Positions 35,011 through 35,222 of a stretch of 35,222 nt of DNA are shown here, in pieces. Numbering within the stretch: position 1 is the stretch's first letter; each line of letters starts with the position of its first letter. The translations under genes were made by a program, and so were the position numbers. Source of the stretch: Chiloscyllium plagiosum (taxonomy: Eukaryota); the NCBI RefSeq assembly GCF_004010195.1, contig NC_057718.1, forward strand, positions 40,899,539 through 40,934,760, in the 5' to 3' direction. The notes under the pieces were generated by a model that saw only the letters and a list, made by a program, of their open reading frames with translations, did no database searches and had not been told where the DNA came from.

Positions 35011-35222
35011 CATGTCTTCAGAATCCTTAAGGGGGAGGGTGTGCAGCCAGCAGTCGTGGTGCACATTGGCATCAACGACATAGGTAGGAAGAGGGGTGGG
35101 GAGGTCATTCAGGAGCTCAGGGAGTTAGGCTGGAAGCTAAAAGTTAGGACGGATAGAGTCGTCATCTCTGGGTTGTTGCTGGTGCCACGTGACAGTGAGG
35201 CAAGGAATAGGGAGAGAGTGCA
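35011..35222 (+). mobile_element. CR1 ORF1 SGNH-esterase fragment, open to window end
   Basis: Own translation from 35011: HVFRILKGEGVQPAVVVHIGINDIGRKRGGEVIQELRELGWKLKVRTDRVVISGLLLVPRDSEARNRERV. Confidence 0.85.

Noticed and set aside
34577..35083. 168-aa ORF as host CDS
   Set aside because: No recognisable domain; its 3' end overlaps CR1 ORF1 in another frame
1..35222. ORF-track entries as genes or an operon-like system
   Set aside because: Eukaryotic repeat DNA; ORFs are short, many begin at non-ATG codons, and the meaningful ones are broken TE frames

Overview
Repeat-dominated, gene-poor eukaryotic DNA, most likely intronic or intergenic sequence from a cartilaginous fish (shark). This is inferred from HE1-like V-SINEs, their CR1 partner LINE and a DeuSINE-like element; family names come from remembered consensus motifs, not a database search. 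No intact protein-coding gene is visible, and almost every ORF in the track is a decayed retroelement fragment or noise. The window has nested layers of old CR1, RTE and second-family CR1/L2-group LINE relics, SINEs, younger CR1 3' ends, and about 12 Penelope-like element (PLE) pieces, including an RT fragment and a GIY-YIG fragment. The main non-ORF signal is a dispersed set of minimal hammerhead-ribozyme motifs (CTGAnGA-stem II-GAAA) in the PLE terminal repeats: 7 recognisable copies plus 2-3 degenerate ones, with family-specific covarying stem II. Several sit in tiny (45-240 bp) PLE inserts with 12-15 bp target-site duplications, some inverted or palindromic. Hammerheads in PLE termini are a known class, so novelty is limited to these particular families and mini-elements. 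There is also a perfect 124-bp tandem duplication, a 364-N gap, and a few weak candidate host exons. Boundaries of old repeats are approximate.
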